A stretch of DNA of 32,000 nucleotides from Xanthomonas campestris pv. campestris str. ATCC 33913 (GTDB lineage Bacteria; Pseudomonadota; Gammaproteobacteria; Xanthomonadales; Xanthomonadaceae). Location of the stretch: the NCBI RefSeq assembly GCF_000007145.1, contig NC_003902.1:5033426-5065425 (forward strand). Reading direction: 5' to 3'. Numbering within the stretch: the first letter of the stretch is position 1; each line of letters begins with the position of its first letter. The notes beneath the pieces were generated by a model. That model searched no databases. It had not been told where the DNA came from and saw nothing but the letters and a program-made list of their open reading frames with translations. The translations under genes were made by a program, and so were the position numbers. This document shows positions 6,321-16,012 of this stretch, one piece after another.

Positions 6321-8795
6321 TCACTGTGCGGCGGCAGGCGTGGCGCAGAACGAGGTGGGCAATGCGTCCGCTTGCGTGCCCCAGCCCTGAGTGGGTGCCT
6401 GCTTGGTCAGCGCAAACGACAGCGTGCCGCCTTGCTGCAACCGGGCCCAGTCCAGGAACACCTGCGGCTGCGGCTTGCCGTTGACGCGGACGCCATCGAC
6501 GTACTGCAGCGTGCGGCCATCGGCGCCGGGGGCGTCGATGCGCAGGCGCTTGCCGTTACCCAGATCCAGCGTGACCCGCTTGAAGCGCGGCGCATGCAAC
6601 AGAAATTCGCCGCTGCCCGGCACCGCCGGATACAGGCCGAAGGCACTGAACAGGTACCACGCCGACATCGTGCCCAGGTCATCGTTGCCGGTGACGCCGT
6701 TGGGCGCATTGGTGAACAACTGCTGCGCGGCGCGCACCACGGTGGCGGTCTTCCACGGCTGGCCGATCAGCGTGTACATCCACGGGGCGTGCAGGTCCGG
6801 TTCGTTGTTGGGGTTGTAGCGGTACTGGTTGTAGTAGCTGTACGGGCCCACCACCCAATGCGTGCGTGCGCCGTTGCCCAGGTCCTTCAACAGGTCGTCG
6901 TAGGCGAAGAAGGTGTCCAGGCGTTTGCCTGCCTGTTCGCTGCCGTGCATGGCCTGCAGCATGCCGGGGATGTCCTGCTGCACCAGCCACTGGTATTGCC
7001 AGGCGGTGCCCTCGTGAAAGCCGTGCTGCGAGCGCGGGCTGTAGTGATCGTCGGAGGGTGCGTACCAGCTGCCGTCTTCCAGCCGCGGGCGCGGAAAACC
7101 GCTGAAGCCGGCGTCGGCATCGCGCACGTCCGCATCCCAGACGCGGTGCCAGTTGCCGCCGCGTTGGCGCAGCTGCGCGCTGTCCTGTGCATGGCCCAGC
7201 GCACCGGCCATCTGGGCCAGGGCGCAATCGGCCAGCGCGTATTCCAGCGTGGCCGAACCGCCGTGGTGCGGGTCCACGTCCATGCCCTTGGAGGGAAAGG
7301 CGCGGTCGTATTGCACGTAGCCGTTGGCCAGGTAACTCGCGTTGCCGGAGCGGCCGGCGTGGCGCGAATTGGTGGGCGGCTGGCCGAAGGCGTTCTGGCG
7401 CAGCGCGGCGTAGGCCTCGGCTTCGTTGCCCTGCAGCGCGCCGAAGCGCCACAGGTCGACCAGGAAGGGCGTCACCGGGTCGCCGGTCATGATGTTGGTG
7501 TCGTAGTTGGCGTAGCCCCAGCGCGGCAGCCAGCCACCCTGCTGGTGGATGGCCAGCAGCGAGCGGCCGATGTCGCGCGCGCGCTGCGGGCGCAGCAGGG
7601 CGAGCAATTGGTTCTGCGAGCGGTAGGTGTCCCACAGCGAGAAATACTCGTAGTAGGTCCAGCCGTCGGCGCGGTGGATCGCATCGTCGTAGCCGCGGTA
7701 GCGGCCGTCGGCATCGCTGCCGGTGAGCGGCTGCAGCAGGGCGTGGTATAGCGCGGTGTACAGCACGGTGCGGTCGTCGCGGCCGGCGCCCTCCACCTGC
7801 ACGCTGGCCAGTTCGGTGCGCCAGGTCTGCTGCGCGCGCTGGCGCATCTGCTCCAGCCCCAGCAGCGTGCCGCCCTGCATGCCGTCGGCGCGCAGATTGG
7901 TGCGCGCGCCTTCGGCGTCCACGTGCGAGATGGCGCTGACCACGGTCACCGCGCGCGCGTTCTTGCCCTTGCCCAATGGGAAGCTCAGCCAGGCGCCGTT
8001 GGGCTTGAGCTCACCGCCCATGCTGTGGCGCGCGCCGGGCACGCCGCCGTCTTCGCCCCACACCCCGAACGCGGTGAACGGGCGGTCGAATTCCAGCCGG
8101 AACCAGGTGGTGTATTCCTGGCCGCCGCAGAAGCTCTGCGTGGTCAGCTTGCCTTCCACCACGCGGTCACCCACCAGTTGCACCTGGCTGCCGATCACCA
8201 CGTGGCGGTCGTTGGCCTGGGCCACGTTGATCAGCACATGGCCGGTGTCGGCGCCGGGCGCGAAGGTGTAGCGCTCGGCGGCGGCGCGGGTGAGCGCGGT
8301 GGCTTCGGCGTCGATGCCGCCGTAATCGGTCAGGCGCACCTTGTAGTAGCCGGCCTGGCCCACTTCGCCGTCGTGGGTGTAGCGCGCGGCATAGCGCTTC
8401 TGGTCGAAGGCCTTGGCGTCGCCGGTATCGAAATCGCCGCCGGGGCCGATGCTGCCGGTTACCGGCAGGATCGAGACCTGGCCGCCCTGCTCCCAGCAGC
8501 CGGCCCCGGACAGGAACGAATGCCCGAAGCCGCGGATGCTGGGGTCGTCGTAGCGCCAGCCGGCGTAATGCGCACCGATCGGGCTGACCTGGATCAGGCC
8601 GAACGGCGCCGACGCGCCGGGAAAGGTATTGCCGTCGTCCTTGCTGCCGATGAAGGTGTTGACCTGCGCCGGGTCCTGCGCGGCCAGCGGGCCGGCGAGA
8701 GTGACACCAAGCAGGCACAGGCCGGCGGCGGCGCGGCGCCACCAGGGGCAGGCAGCGGATAAGGCAGGGGTGGCGCTGGGCACGACAGACAACAT
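6321..8795 (-). CDS. Glycoside hydrolase family 92 (alpha-1,2-mannosidase-like), secreted
   Basis: ORF 6321..8933. I moved the start to ATG 8795 (MLSVVPSATPALSAAC...LAGPLAAQDP signal peptide, SD GAGGTG upstream). GH92-type motifs are present: VNTFIGSKDDGNTFPGASAPFGLIQVSPIG and GFGHSFLSGAGC. Confidence 0.9.
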   Translation of the reverse strand: MLSVVPSATPALSAACPWWRRAAAGLCLLGVTLAGPLAAQDPAQVNTFIGSKDDGNTFPGASAPFGLIQVSPIGAHYAGWRYDDPSIRGFGHSFLSGAGCWEQGGQVSILPVTGSIGPGGDFDTGDAKAFDQKRYAARYTHDGEVGQAGYYKVRLTDYGGIDAEATALTRAAAERYTFAPGADTGHVLINVAQANDRHVVIGSQVQLVGDRVVEGKLTTQSFCGGQEYTTWFRLEFDRPFTAFGVWGEDGGVPGARHSMGGELKPNGAWLSFPLGKGKNARAVTVVSAISHVDAEGARTNLRADGMQGGTLLGLEQMRQRAQQTWRTELASVQVEGAGRDDRTVLYTALYHALLQPLTGSDADGRYRGYDDAIHRADGWTYYEYFSLWDTYRSQNQLLALLRPQRARDIGRSLLAIHQQGGWLPRWGYANYDTNIMTGDPVTPFLVDLWRFGALQGNEAEAYAALRQNAFGQPPTNSRHAGRSGNASYLANGYVQYDRAFPSKGMDVDPHHGGSATLEYALADCALAQMAGALGHAQDSAQLRQRGGNWHRVWDADVRDADAGFSGFPRPRLEDGSWYAPSDDHYSPRSQHGFHEGTAWQYQWLVQQDIPGMLQAMHGSEQAGKRLDTFFAYDDLLKDLGNGARTHWVVGPYSYYNQYRYNPNNEPDLHAPWMYTLIGQPWKTATVVRAAQQLFTNAPNGVTGNDDLGTMSAWYLFSAFGLYPAVPGSGEFLLHAPRFKRVTLDLGNGKRLRIDAPGADGRTLQYVDGVRVNGKPQPQVFLDWARLQQGGTLSFALTKQAPTQGWGTQADALPTSFCATPAAAQ

Positions 8796-8892
8796 GCGGG
8801 AATCACCTCGGGGGAGAGGGCGACGCGGACGTCGCAGGTGGGAAGCGTGCCTGCCACAGCAGGGCGCCGGCAGGCACGCGCGCAACCGCATT

Positions 8893-11823
8893 CTAGAAAT
8901 CGAACACGTATTCTGCCGCGATCTCGCGGCCAACCGGGCTGAACAGGCGGCTGTTGTAGAACTCGTAGTCCAGCTTGTACGGGTCCTTGTGGTTGTAGCC
9001 GGTGCTGTTGAAGACGTTGTTGATGTACAGGTTGAGCTTCATCGCCGGGGTGATGCGGTAGCCGACATTGACGTTCCAGGTGATCGCCGGGCCTACGCGG
9101 CCAAAGTACTTGCGTGTGCTCTGGCCGAAGGTGGGGCTATTGGGATCGGTGTCGGTGCAGTTGGCGCGGTCGTCTGGCACCCCGCCATCGGCAAACGGCA
9201 CGCAGCCGCCGGGGTTGTCCAGCCGGTCCAGGCCCCAGTGCGAGCGCACGCTGGGCACCGCGCCGACGCGGTCGCCGTAGACGGTGGCGTTCCAGTTGCC
9301 ATACAGCCAGCTCACGCTGCCGCGCAGCTTGCTGCGGATGTCGCGGTCGCGGCGCTCGGGGTTGGGGTCGGTGCGGTAAGTCTGCTCGCGCATCGAGCGC
9401 AGGTTGGTGTAGTCGAGCCCCATCTGGAAATCGCCGAAACCGGTCTTGAGCTGGTAGCGCGCCGACAGGTCGATGCCGCTGACATCGCGCTGGGCCAGGT
9501 TGATCGGGCCGCGCTCGATCGCGGTGATCGCGCCGCTGCCATCGCGTTGCACGCGCGCCAGGATCGAGGCGCAGTAGTCGGCGCCGCCCGGGTTGGACCA
9601 GGCCTGCCCGGGCGTGATGGTCAGCCCGGTGCGGCAGCCGGCCTCGTCGCGCAGGATGGTGGTTTCGTCGATATCGCGGATTTCTTCGTCCAGGTGGATG
9701 CGCCAGTAGTCGGCGGTGAAGGAGAAATTTTCGAACGCATCCCAGACAAAGCCCACCGTCCACGAGTCGCCCAGTTCCGATTCCAGATCCGGAGTGCCGC
9801 GGCGGTTGATCGCAAACGGATAGGTCACCGCGGTGTTGTCGCCGGTGCAGTTGTTGGTCTGGTAGGCGCCGCTGGCGATGCAGCGGTATTGGTCCAGCGT
9901 GCGCACCTGCGCCGAGCTGGGCTGGCCGAGCAGGTAATGCATGTCCGGGGCACGGAAGCTGGTGGCGTAGCTGCCGCGCAGCAGCAGGCTGTCGATTGGC
10001 CGCCATTGCAGGCCAGCACTCCAGGTGGATTCCTTCTGCGTGCCGATATCCAGCAGGTTGGCGTCATCGTTGAACGCCTCGTAGTCGCCATAGCGGTCGT
10101 AGCGGCCAGCCAACGTGGCAGTGAGCGTGGTGGTCAGCGGCACGCTGAACTCCAGACCGCCCGAGTAACGGGTGCGCTCGCCACCGCCGCGGTCCACGTT
10201 CTGCACTTCGTAATCGAGGTTGGCGCGCGGGTCCGGGTTGAGCCGGTAGCCCTGCTGCGCGGCTTCGACCACCGCGGCAAATTCGATCGGCCCGGCCCAG
10301 CCGTCGAACAAGGTGCCGCTCAGGCTCAACGCGCCCTGATTGACCCAGGACGCGGCGCGGTTCACCGAGTGCGCACCGATCTGCGCGTACTGGCCCGGGG
10401 TCAGCGGGGTCCACCAGCGCGCGCGGTCCAGGGCGTAGGCCGGCAGGCCGTCCACGGTGCCCAGCTGCGGGCCGAGGAAATAGTCATTGGCACGTTGCCA
10501 GTCCACGGTGGAGATACGTTCCTGCACGCGGTAGTACGAGCGGCCCAGCGAGGCATCCCAGTCGAAGCGGCCGTCGGCCAGGGTGCCGCGCAGGCCGGCA
10601 CTGATGTCCCAGGAGCGCTCGCGGTTGCGGTTGCGCAGGCCGGCCTGGCTGCCGACTTCGTTGGCGGTGAACTGGCGCACGCCAATCAACTGCTGGCCGC
10701 TGGTGACGTCGTGGAAGGCCGGGTAATCCAGCCCCGCCGGCAGCTGCACATACGGCGGCGAGGTGCCCCACTGTGCTTCGGAATCGAACACCGCCAGGTT
10801 GGTCCAGGCCTGCACGCCGTTGCCGAATTCCCAGGTGCCGTACAGATACCCGGACAGGTCCTTGCTGCCGCTGCGCAGCAGCCAGTCGCCGTAGTCGGCG
10901 CTCAGCCCGCACAGCTGGCCGGTGTTGGTGGTGGTGTCGGTATTGCGGTTGTAGAGCAGCCGATCAGCGCGGTAATAGGCGCCGCCAAACTGTTCGCACG
11001 CACCCGGTGGCGGCGCCTGGCGGGTGCCGGTGGCGTTGTCGATCAGGGCAATGCCGCTGCTGGGGCGAAACCCCACCCGGCGCTGCTCGGTGGTCCAGGC
11101 GCTGTAGGGCGCGTCGCTGGCGTCGTCCATCTGCGGACGGTCGCGGCCGAACAGCGGGTCGCGGCTGGTGTACTGCAGCGCGTAGGTCACGCTCCAGTTG
11201 TCGCCGGTGCGCCCGCCGGCCCAGGACACATCCGCGGTATCGCGCCCGCCCTCGGTGGAGGTGCCGCCGCGCATGCGGAACTGGTCGCCGCTGTAGTTCT
11301 GCTTGAGGATCACGTTGACCACGCCGGCGATCGCGTCCGAGCCGTAGATCGCCGAGGCACCACCGGTGAGCACTTCCACCCGGTCCACCGCCGCGGCAGG
11401 GATGTTGCTGTAGTTGGAGACGTTGCTCTGCCCGTTATAGGGAAGCGGGTAATCGGCCACGCGGCGGCCGTTGACCAGCAGCAGGCTGCGGTTGGGGCCG
11501 AGGTTGCGCAGGTTGAGCGGGCTGGCGTTGGGCGTGTGCGAGCCCCAGCTGACATCCGCCTCCACCGTGCCGATCGCCTGGTTCAACGTGCCGAGCATGT
11601 CGTAGACGGTGGTGAAGCCCTGGGCGCGGATCTCCTCCGAGCCGATGATCTGCACCGGCGCCGGCCCTTCGGCCTGGACACGCTTGATGCGCGAGCCGGT
11701 CACGGTGACGGCGTCGAGTTGTTGCGGATCGGCCTGCTGCGCCAGCGCCGGGAACGGTGACAGCATGGCGAGCAAGAGGGCCTGGGACAGCACACGCGGG
11801 CGGTGACAACGGGAATCGGTCAT
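8893..11823 (-). CDS. TonB-dependent outer-membrane receptor (oversized, carbohydrate-utilisation type)
   Basis: 976 aa. It has a signal peptide (...LAMLSPFPALAQQ), a TonB-box/plug (LDAVTVTGSRIKRVQAEGPAPVQIIGSEEI), a long beta-barrel and the terminal ...AAEYVFDF. The stop lies 97 bp upstream of the GH92 start on the same strand. Confidence 0.9.
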   Translation of the reverse strand: MTDSRCHRPRVLSQALLLAMLSPFPALAQQADPQQLDAVTVTGSRIKRVQAEGPAPVQIIGSEEIRAQGFTTVYDMLGTLNQAIGTVEADVSWGSHTPNASPLNLRNLGPNRSLLLVNGRRVADYPLPYNGQSNVSNYSNIPAAAVDRVEVLTGGASAIYGSDAIAGVVNVILKQNYSGDQFRMRGGTSTEGGRDTADVSWAGGRTGDNWSVTYALQYTSRDPLFGRDRPQMDDASDAPYSAWTTEQRRVGFRPSSGIALIDNATGTRQAPPPGACEQFGGAYYRADRLLYNRNTDTTTNTGQLCGLSADYGDWLLRSGSKDLSGYLYGTWEFGNGVQAWTNLAVFDSEAQWGTSPPYVQLPAGLDYPAFHDVTSGQQLIGVRQFTANEVGSQAGLRNRNRERSWDISAGLRGTLADGRFDWDASLGRSYYRVQERISTVDWQRANDYFLGPQLGTVDGLPAYALDRARWWTPLTPGQYAQIGAHSVNRAASWVNQGALSLSGTLFDGWAGPIEFAAVVEAAQQGYRLNPDPRANLDYEVQNVDRGGGERTRYSGGLEFSVPLTTTLTATLAGRYDRYGDYEAFNDDANLLDIGTQKESTWSAGLQWRPIDSLLLRGSYATSFRAPDMHYLLGQPSSAQVRTLDQYRCIASGAYQTNNCTGDNTAVTYPFAINRRGTPDLESELGDSWTVGFVWDAFENFSFTADYWRIHLDEEIRDIDETTILRDEAGCRTGLTITPGQAWSNPGGADYCASILARVQRDGSGAITAIERGPINLAQRDVSGIDLSARYQLKTGFGDFQMGLDYTNLRSMREQTYRTDPNPERRDRDIRSKLRGSVSWLYGNWNATVYGDRVGAVPSVRSHWGLDRLDNPGGCVPFADGGVPDDRANCTDTDPNSPTFGQSTRKYFGRVGPAITWNVNVGYRITPAMKLNLYINNVFNSTGYNHKDPYKLDYEFYNSRLFSPVGREIAAEYVFDF

Positions 11824-11897
11824 TCAAGCGTCTCGTCGGGGGCGGTGGTGCGACGGAAAGACTTCGTCTTTTCAAACACTTGCGGGGGATAGTGTGC

Positions 11898-11913
11898 TTT
11901 GGACCGATCCAAA
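11898..11913. promoter_or_regulatory. Operator-like palindrome upstream of the receptor-GH92 pair
   Basis: TTTGGA-CCGA-TCCAAA is a perfect 6-bp-arm inverted repeat about 75 bp upstream of the ATG at 11823. The cognate regulator is unknown. Confidence 0.25.
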
Positions 11914-12231
11914 TCCGGCGCGACGTGTGTCACGGTGTGGCAAAGATTAAGCAAGGCTAAACCGTGGCGCCATACTGCGGCGCAGCAGACCGTACGGACT
12001 CAAGCGGAAGGGTGAACCCGGATCTGTTGCGAATTCAGGCAGTTGCCGTGGGCGCAGTGCGGACTGCTGAGGGTACGCAAGCGCCGCTAACGGTTTCGCC
12101 CGCTTGTGGTCTCACTAAAAGCAGTCAACTGGCTTGATCGTCCGGCATTAGCGGGTTAAGGCCTGCTTATTCTGCGTTCGAGCAAGCATCGGCTCATGAA
12201 CTCGCTGCGCAGGCTCAGCAAGCCACAGGCA

Positions 12232-12258
12232 TAAAAAAGCCCGGTCGAGACCGGGCTT
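12232..12258 (-). terminator. Rho-independent terminator of the DUF2628-like gene
   Basis: Minus strand reads AAGCCCGGTCTCGACCGGGCTTTTTTAT, a GC stem (AGCCCGG/CCGGGCT) followed by a T6 run. It lies about 50 nt after the stop at 12307. Confidence 0.8.
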
Positions 12259-12306
12259 GGCAACGCTGCGCAGCGGCGGGAGGGGCCGGCGCGGCCATGC
12301 CATGAC

Positions 12307-12696
12307 TTACCAGCGCATGCCTTCGAACGGGTTGAAGCTGGTGCTGCCCTTCACCTTGTCCAGGTAGTAGGCGTAGTTGGCACTCATGCCGGCCAGCAGG
12401 GCCAGCGGGATGCTCAAGGCGTTGCCCAGCGAGCCGGGCAGGAACGAGGCAATGATGCCCACCACCAGGCCGATGCCGATCAGGCCCAGCGCCTTGCGCC
12501 ACAGGCCCAGGATAAAGAAGTAGATGAAGCCGAAGAACAGCGCGTAGAAGTTCATGCCGACCTTGAGCTTCTCGCCGAACGGCAGCGTCTTCAGCGTTTC
12601 CTTGTAGGCAGGATCCTTCGGACCGCCATGACGGTCGAAGAAGTCGAAGCGGAACTGCCACTTGGGGCTGAGCTGGGTGCGATCGAAGGTGTCCAT
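12307..12696 (-). CDS. DUF2628-like small membrane protein
   Basis: 129 aa. The core NFYALFFGFIYFFILGLWRKALGLIGIGLVVGIIA matches the DUF2628 pattern (FNW.AFFFG.FWY.Y.GMW.KA) as I recall it. A canonical terminator follows. Confidence 0.7.
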   Translation of the reverse strand: MDTFDRTQLSPKWQFRFDFFDRHGGPKDPAYKETLKTLPFGEKLKVGMNFYALFFGFIYFFILGLWRKALGLIGIGLVVGIIASFLPGSLGNALSIPLALLAGMSANYAYYLDKVKGSTSFNPFEGMRW

Positions 12697-12803
12697 TCCG
12701 TACCAATATGATTGAAAGCGTTTACATGATAGGCGATCGCGTATTCATGAGCACGCTCTTTCGGCGCCCGGGACATCACCAGGAACAAAGGGGCGCTACG
12801 CGG

Positions 12804-14600
12804 TCAGCGCTGGTCGGTGGGGCTGCTGCCGCGGCGGGAGCGCCGCAGTGCGTACAACGACTTGTCGGCACGGTCGACCACCGCCGCCAGTGCTTCGCCG
12901 TCCTGGCGCAGCGCGCTGCCCAGGGTGAAGCGGATCGGCGCATCGTCCGCCGCGTCCAGATAGTCGCGCGCCAGCGCGCTCAGCTGCGCAGGTGTGGGCT
13001 GATGCAGCAGCACCAAAAACTCGTCGCCGCCCAGCCGTACCAGGCGGTCCTGGGTGCGCAGCGGCTGGTTGAGGAACCAGGCCATCTGCACCAGCACTTC
13101 GTCGCCGCGCTGGTGGCCGTGGGTGTCGTTGACCAGCTTGAACTTGTCCAGGTCCACCACGATGCAGCCCCAGCGCACGCTGGGGTCGCGCTTGTCCAGC
13201 TCGTCCAGATAGCGGCGGTTGAAGCAGTTGGTCAGCGGGTCGGTGAAGGACCATTCCAGCAGCTGCTTTTCCTGCTTGTACTGGTTGGTCACGTCCTGCG
13301 CATGCGCCAGCACCACGGTGCCATCGGCTTCCACGTCGAGCACGTTGTGGTACTGCCAGTGGCGCAGGCTGCCATCGCCGGCAACCAGCTCGATCACGCC
13401 CGAGTCCTGGCCATCGAGCACCATCCGCGACAGATAACCGTGCAAGGCGGCGTGCCGCTCCGGCCGCACCAATTCCACCAGCGCGCGGCCTTCCATGTCC
13501 TCCACGCTACGCCCGAGCGAGCGCGCGGCGGCCGGGTTCACGCTGATCAGGCGGCCGTCCATGTCGTGGGTGCAGATCAGCCCCAGGCTGTACTGAAACA
13601 TCTTGCGGAACTTGCGCTCGCTGGTGGCCAGGGCGTCCATCGCGCGGTGGCGGTCGGTGACGTCCTGGACGGCACCGATCAGGCGCATGCGCCCGTCGGT
13701 CATGTCCATCGCACCGGTGCTCTGCACCCATAAGTGGCGGCCGGTACTGCTGATCAGCGGCAGCTCCAGGTCCCATGGCGTGCCGTCGCGTACGCAGGCT
13801 TCCACCGCCTCGGTGATCACCGCGCGCGCGTCCAGCGGATAGAACGCGATCGCCTCGCCCAGGCTGGGCCGGTAGCCCGGCGGCAGATCGTGCAGGCGGC
13901 AGGTCTGGTCAGACCAGCTCAAGGTGCCGCTGGCCACATCCACTTCCCAACCGCCCACGCCGGCCACCCGCCCGGTGCGCTCCAGGAACGCTTCGCTCTC
14001 GCGCAGGCGCTGCTGCAGCTGGGCGTTGGTCTCGGCACGCTCCAGCATCAGGCGGCGCTGCTCCAGGCCCTCGGCCGCCACCCGTGCCAGATGCCGTAGG
14101 GCCTCCAGCTGGGCCGGTTGCAGCTGTCGCGGGCGCTGGTCGATCACGCACACCGTGCCCATGCGCAGGCCATCGGAGAGCACGATCGGGGCACCGGCGT
14201 AGTAGCGGATGCCGGGTGCGTCGGTGACCAGTTCGTTGCCGCTGAAACGCGGGTCGTCCGACGCATTGGGCACTTCCATCACTGCGTCATCGAGGATGGC
14301 ATGCGCGCAGAACGCCAGCTCGCGCGGGGTCTGCGACACGCCCGGCAGGCCGACGTTGGCCTTCCACCATTGGCGGTGCTCGTCCACCAGCGACACCAGT
14401 GCGATCGGCGTGCCGGCAATGGCCTGCGCGGCGGCGGCCAGGGCGTCGAAGAACGGTTCGGCTTCGCTATCGACCACCCGCAGCAACGCCAGCCGCGCCA
14501 GGCGGTCGGTCTCGTTGGCCGCAAGCGGCGCTGCTACGTGGCGCTGTTTCAACGTGGTCGCTCGCCCGATGTCATCCGCGCAGTCTAGCGGAGCAGGCAT
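12804..14600 (-). CDS. Diguanylate cyclase with GAF and two PAS-like sensor domains (GGDEF)
   Basis: It has an intact RLGGDEF, with RTQD (an RxxD I-site) five residues upstream. The N-terminus is GAF-like (FFDALAAAAQAIAGTPIALVSLVDEHRQWWKANVGL...YYAGAPIV) and is followed by two PAS-like blocks. The start is uncertain: GTG 14759 (track) or ATG 14600 (MPAPLDC...). I prefer 14600 because the first 53 codons are C/R/H-rich. Confidence 0.85.
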   Translation of the reverse strand: MPAPLDCADDIGRATTLKQRHVAAPLAANETDRLARLALLRVVDSEAEPFFDALAAAAQAIAGTPIALVSLVDEHRQWWKANVGLPGVSQTPRELAFCAHAILDDAVMEVPNASDDPRFSGNELVTDAPGIRYYAGAPIVLSDGLRMGTVCVIDQRPRQLQPAQLEALRHLARVAAEGLEQRRLMLERAETNAQLQQRLRESEAFLERTGRVAGVGGWEVDVASGTLSWSDQTCRLHDLPPGYRPSLGEAIAFYPLDARAVITEAVEACVRDGTPWDLELPLISSTGRHLWVQSTGAMDMTDGRMRLIGAVQDVTDRHRAMDALATSERKFRKMFQYSLGLICTHDMDGRLISVNPAAARSLGRSVEDMEGRALVELVRPERHAALHGYLSRMVLDGQDSGVIELVAGDGSLRHWQYHNVLDVEADGTVVLAHAQDVTNQYKQEKQLLEWSFTDPLTNCFNRRYLDELDKRDPSVRWGCIVVDLDKFKLVNDTHGHQRGDEVLVQMAWFLNQPLRTQDRLVRLGGDEFLVLLHQPTPAQLSALARDYLDAADDAPIRFTLGSALRQDGEALAAVVDRADKSLYALRRSRRGSSPTDQR

Positions 14601-14783
14601 AACAGCCCGCGCAGCAAATCCGTGCGCTGCCACGCAGATGTGCCGCTGGCCCAGGACGCAACGGCATGTGCGGCTGCATCCGGCAGCAGGGCGCGGCAAC
14701 CGATGCAGCAGTGCCGCGTGCGCGTGGAACCTGCACGGCGTCGCCCCGCGTCGTGGCACACGCAGTGCCTGGCCTGCGCAGAC

Positions 14784-15962
14784 CTACTGCGCGCCCTCGG
14801 GCTCGGCCGCGGCGCTGTCCTGGCGCATCTGCAGCGCCAGATACAGGCGCATGCAATCGTCGGTGACGCCCAGGTTCACCGCACACAGGTCCTGGATGCG
14901 CTGCATGCGGTAGTCCAGCGTATTGCGGTGAATGCCCAGCGCCTTGGCGGTAGGCGTCATGCGCATGCCATTGGCGAACCAGCACGACAAGGTCTGCAGC
15001 AACTGGCTGCGGCGGTCCTGCGTCAGCAGCGCCTGCAGCGGCTTGCGTAGTTCCTCGGCCTGCCAGGCCTGGCGCAGGTCGTCCACCAGCACCGGCAGGC
15101 GGTAGTCGTCGAAGAAGAAGGCATCGGCGCCCGGCGTGCGCGCCTTGCCGATGCGCATGGTGGTGCGCGCGATCTGGTGCGACAGCGCCAGCCCGTTGGG
15201 CTGCGGAAAATACTGGCCCAGCGCCAGGCGGATGCGCAGCGGGCTGCTGGCACGCATGCGCTCGAGCAAGGTGTGTGCACGCCGGCGTTGCTCGTCCACA
15301 TTCCACTGCCCGCGCCGGTCCAGCGCCGGTTTAAGCACCACCAGCTCGTTGAGCGCGGTGGCGGCGATCAGGTTGCCGCGCTCGGGCGTGGACAGCAGCG
15401 TATGCAGGCGCTGCAACTCCACCAGCATGGCGTCCAGATCCAGGGTGTCGCTTTCCACTTCGATCACCGCAGCTACGCGCGGCAGATCGAGCGCGATGCC
15501 TAGCCGTTCGGCCCAGCCGGCCAGCGCCGGGGTCGGCCCGTCGGTGCGGATCAGCCCCAGCGTGACTTCCTCGCGCAGGCGCGCGTCGCGGGCCAGCAGG
15601 CGCAGCAGCCCGGCTTGTTCGAGCATGGCCTCGGCGGCCATGCGCACCAGTTCGGCCTGTTGCCCGATGCGCGCAGGGTCGCCGGTCAGGCCCACGCAGC
15701 CGAGCACGCGGCCATCGACGATCAGCGGCAGGTTGACGCCGGGACGTACTGCGTCGAGCTGCTGCGCCAGCGCCGCGTCGATCTCCACCCGCCCCTGCCG
15801 CGACAGCACCAGCAGCGCGCCTTCATGCAGCTGGCCGATGCGCGCCGGGTCGCCGCTGGCAACGATCACGCCGGTGTGGTCCATCACGTTGACGTTGCCG
15901 TCGATGATGGTCATCGAACGGTCGACGATGGACTGCGCCAGAGTGCGGTCGAGCGTAAGCAT
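14784..15962 (-). CDS. cdaR: Sugar-diacid utilisation regulator CdaR (PucR family)
   Basis: 392 aa. The N-terminus MLTLDRTLAQSIVDRSMTIIDGNVNVMDHTGVIVASGDPARIGQLHEGA is the CdaR/SdaR signature. The C-terminus carries a PucR-type HTH (AKALGIHRNTLDYRMQRI). Confidence 0.9.
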   Translation of the reverse strand: MLTLDRTLAQSIVDRSMTIIDGNVNVMDHTGVIVASGDPARIGQLHEGALLVLSRQGRVEIDAALAQQLDAVRPGVNLPLIVDGRVLGCVGLTGDPARIGQQAELVRMAAEAMLEQAGLLRLLARDARLREEVTLGLIRTDGPTPALAGWAERLGIALDLPRVAAVIEVESDTLDLDAMLVELQRLHTLLSTPERGNLIAATALNELVVLKPALDRRGQWNVDEQRRRAHTLLERMRASSPLRIRLALGQYFPQPNGLALSHQIARTTMRIGKARTPGADAFFFDDYRLPVLVDDLRQAWQAEELRKPLQALLTQDRRSQLLQTLSCWFANGMRMTPTAKALGIHRNTLDYRMQRIQDLCAVNLGVTDDCMRLYLALQMRQDSAAAEPEGAQ

Positions 15963-16012
15963 CGCCCTATGCTAGGGGAAACCCGGCGCCGGCCGGCGTG
16001 CGCGGCGCACCA

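Noticed and set aside
8629-11760. A 1043-aa plus-strand ORF, the longest in the track, plus other long ORFs antisense to called genes (for example 6315..7751, 7923..8762, 12708..13733, 15998..17332, 17127..18602, 18614..20227, 23019..24605, 28820..29923, 30026..31036).
   Set aside because: They lie opposite genes with clear family signatures. Their translations are A/G/R/V-rich low-complexity strings with no motifs. This is typical of stop-codon-poor antisense frames in high-GC DNA.
11960-12120. Cobalamin or TPP riboswitch upstream of the first TonB-dependent receptor.
   Set aside because: I could not find the B12 box or GGTG..AA..TCC core, nor the CTGAGA...ACCTGATCTGG THI-box blocks, on either strand. 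The receptor is also an oversized carbohydrate-type one rather than BtuB-like.
12176-12182. GTTCGAG, a possible tRNA T-loop.
   Set aside because: The flanking bases do not form a T-stem and no acceptor or anticodon arms can be drawn. I found no tRNA anywhere in the window.
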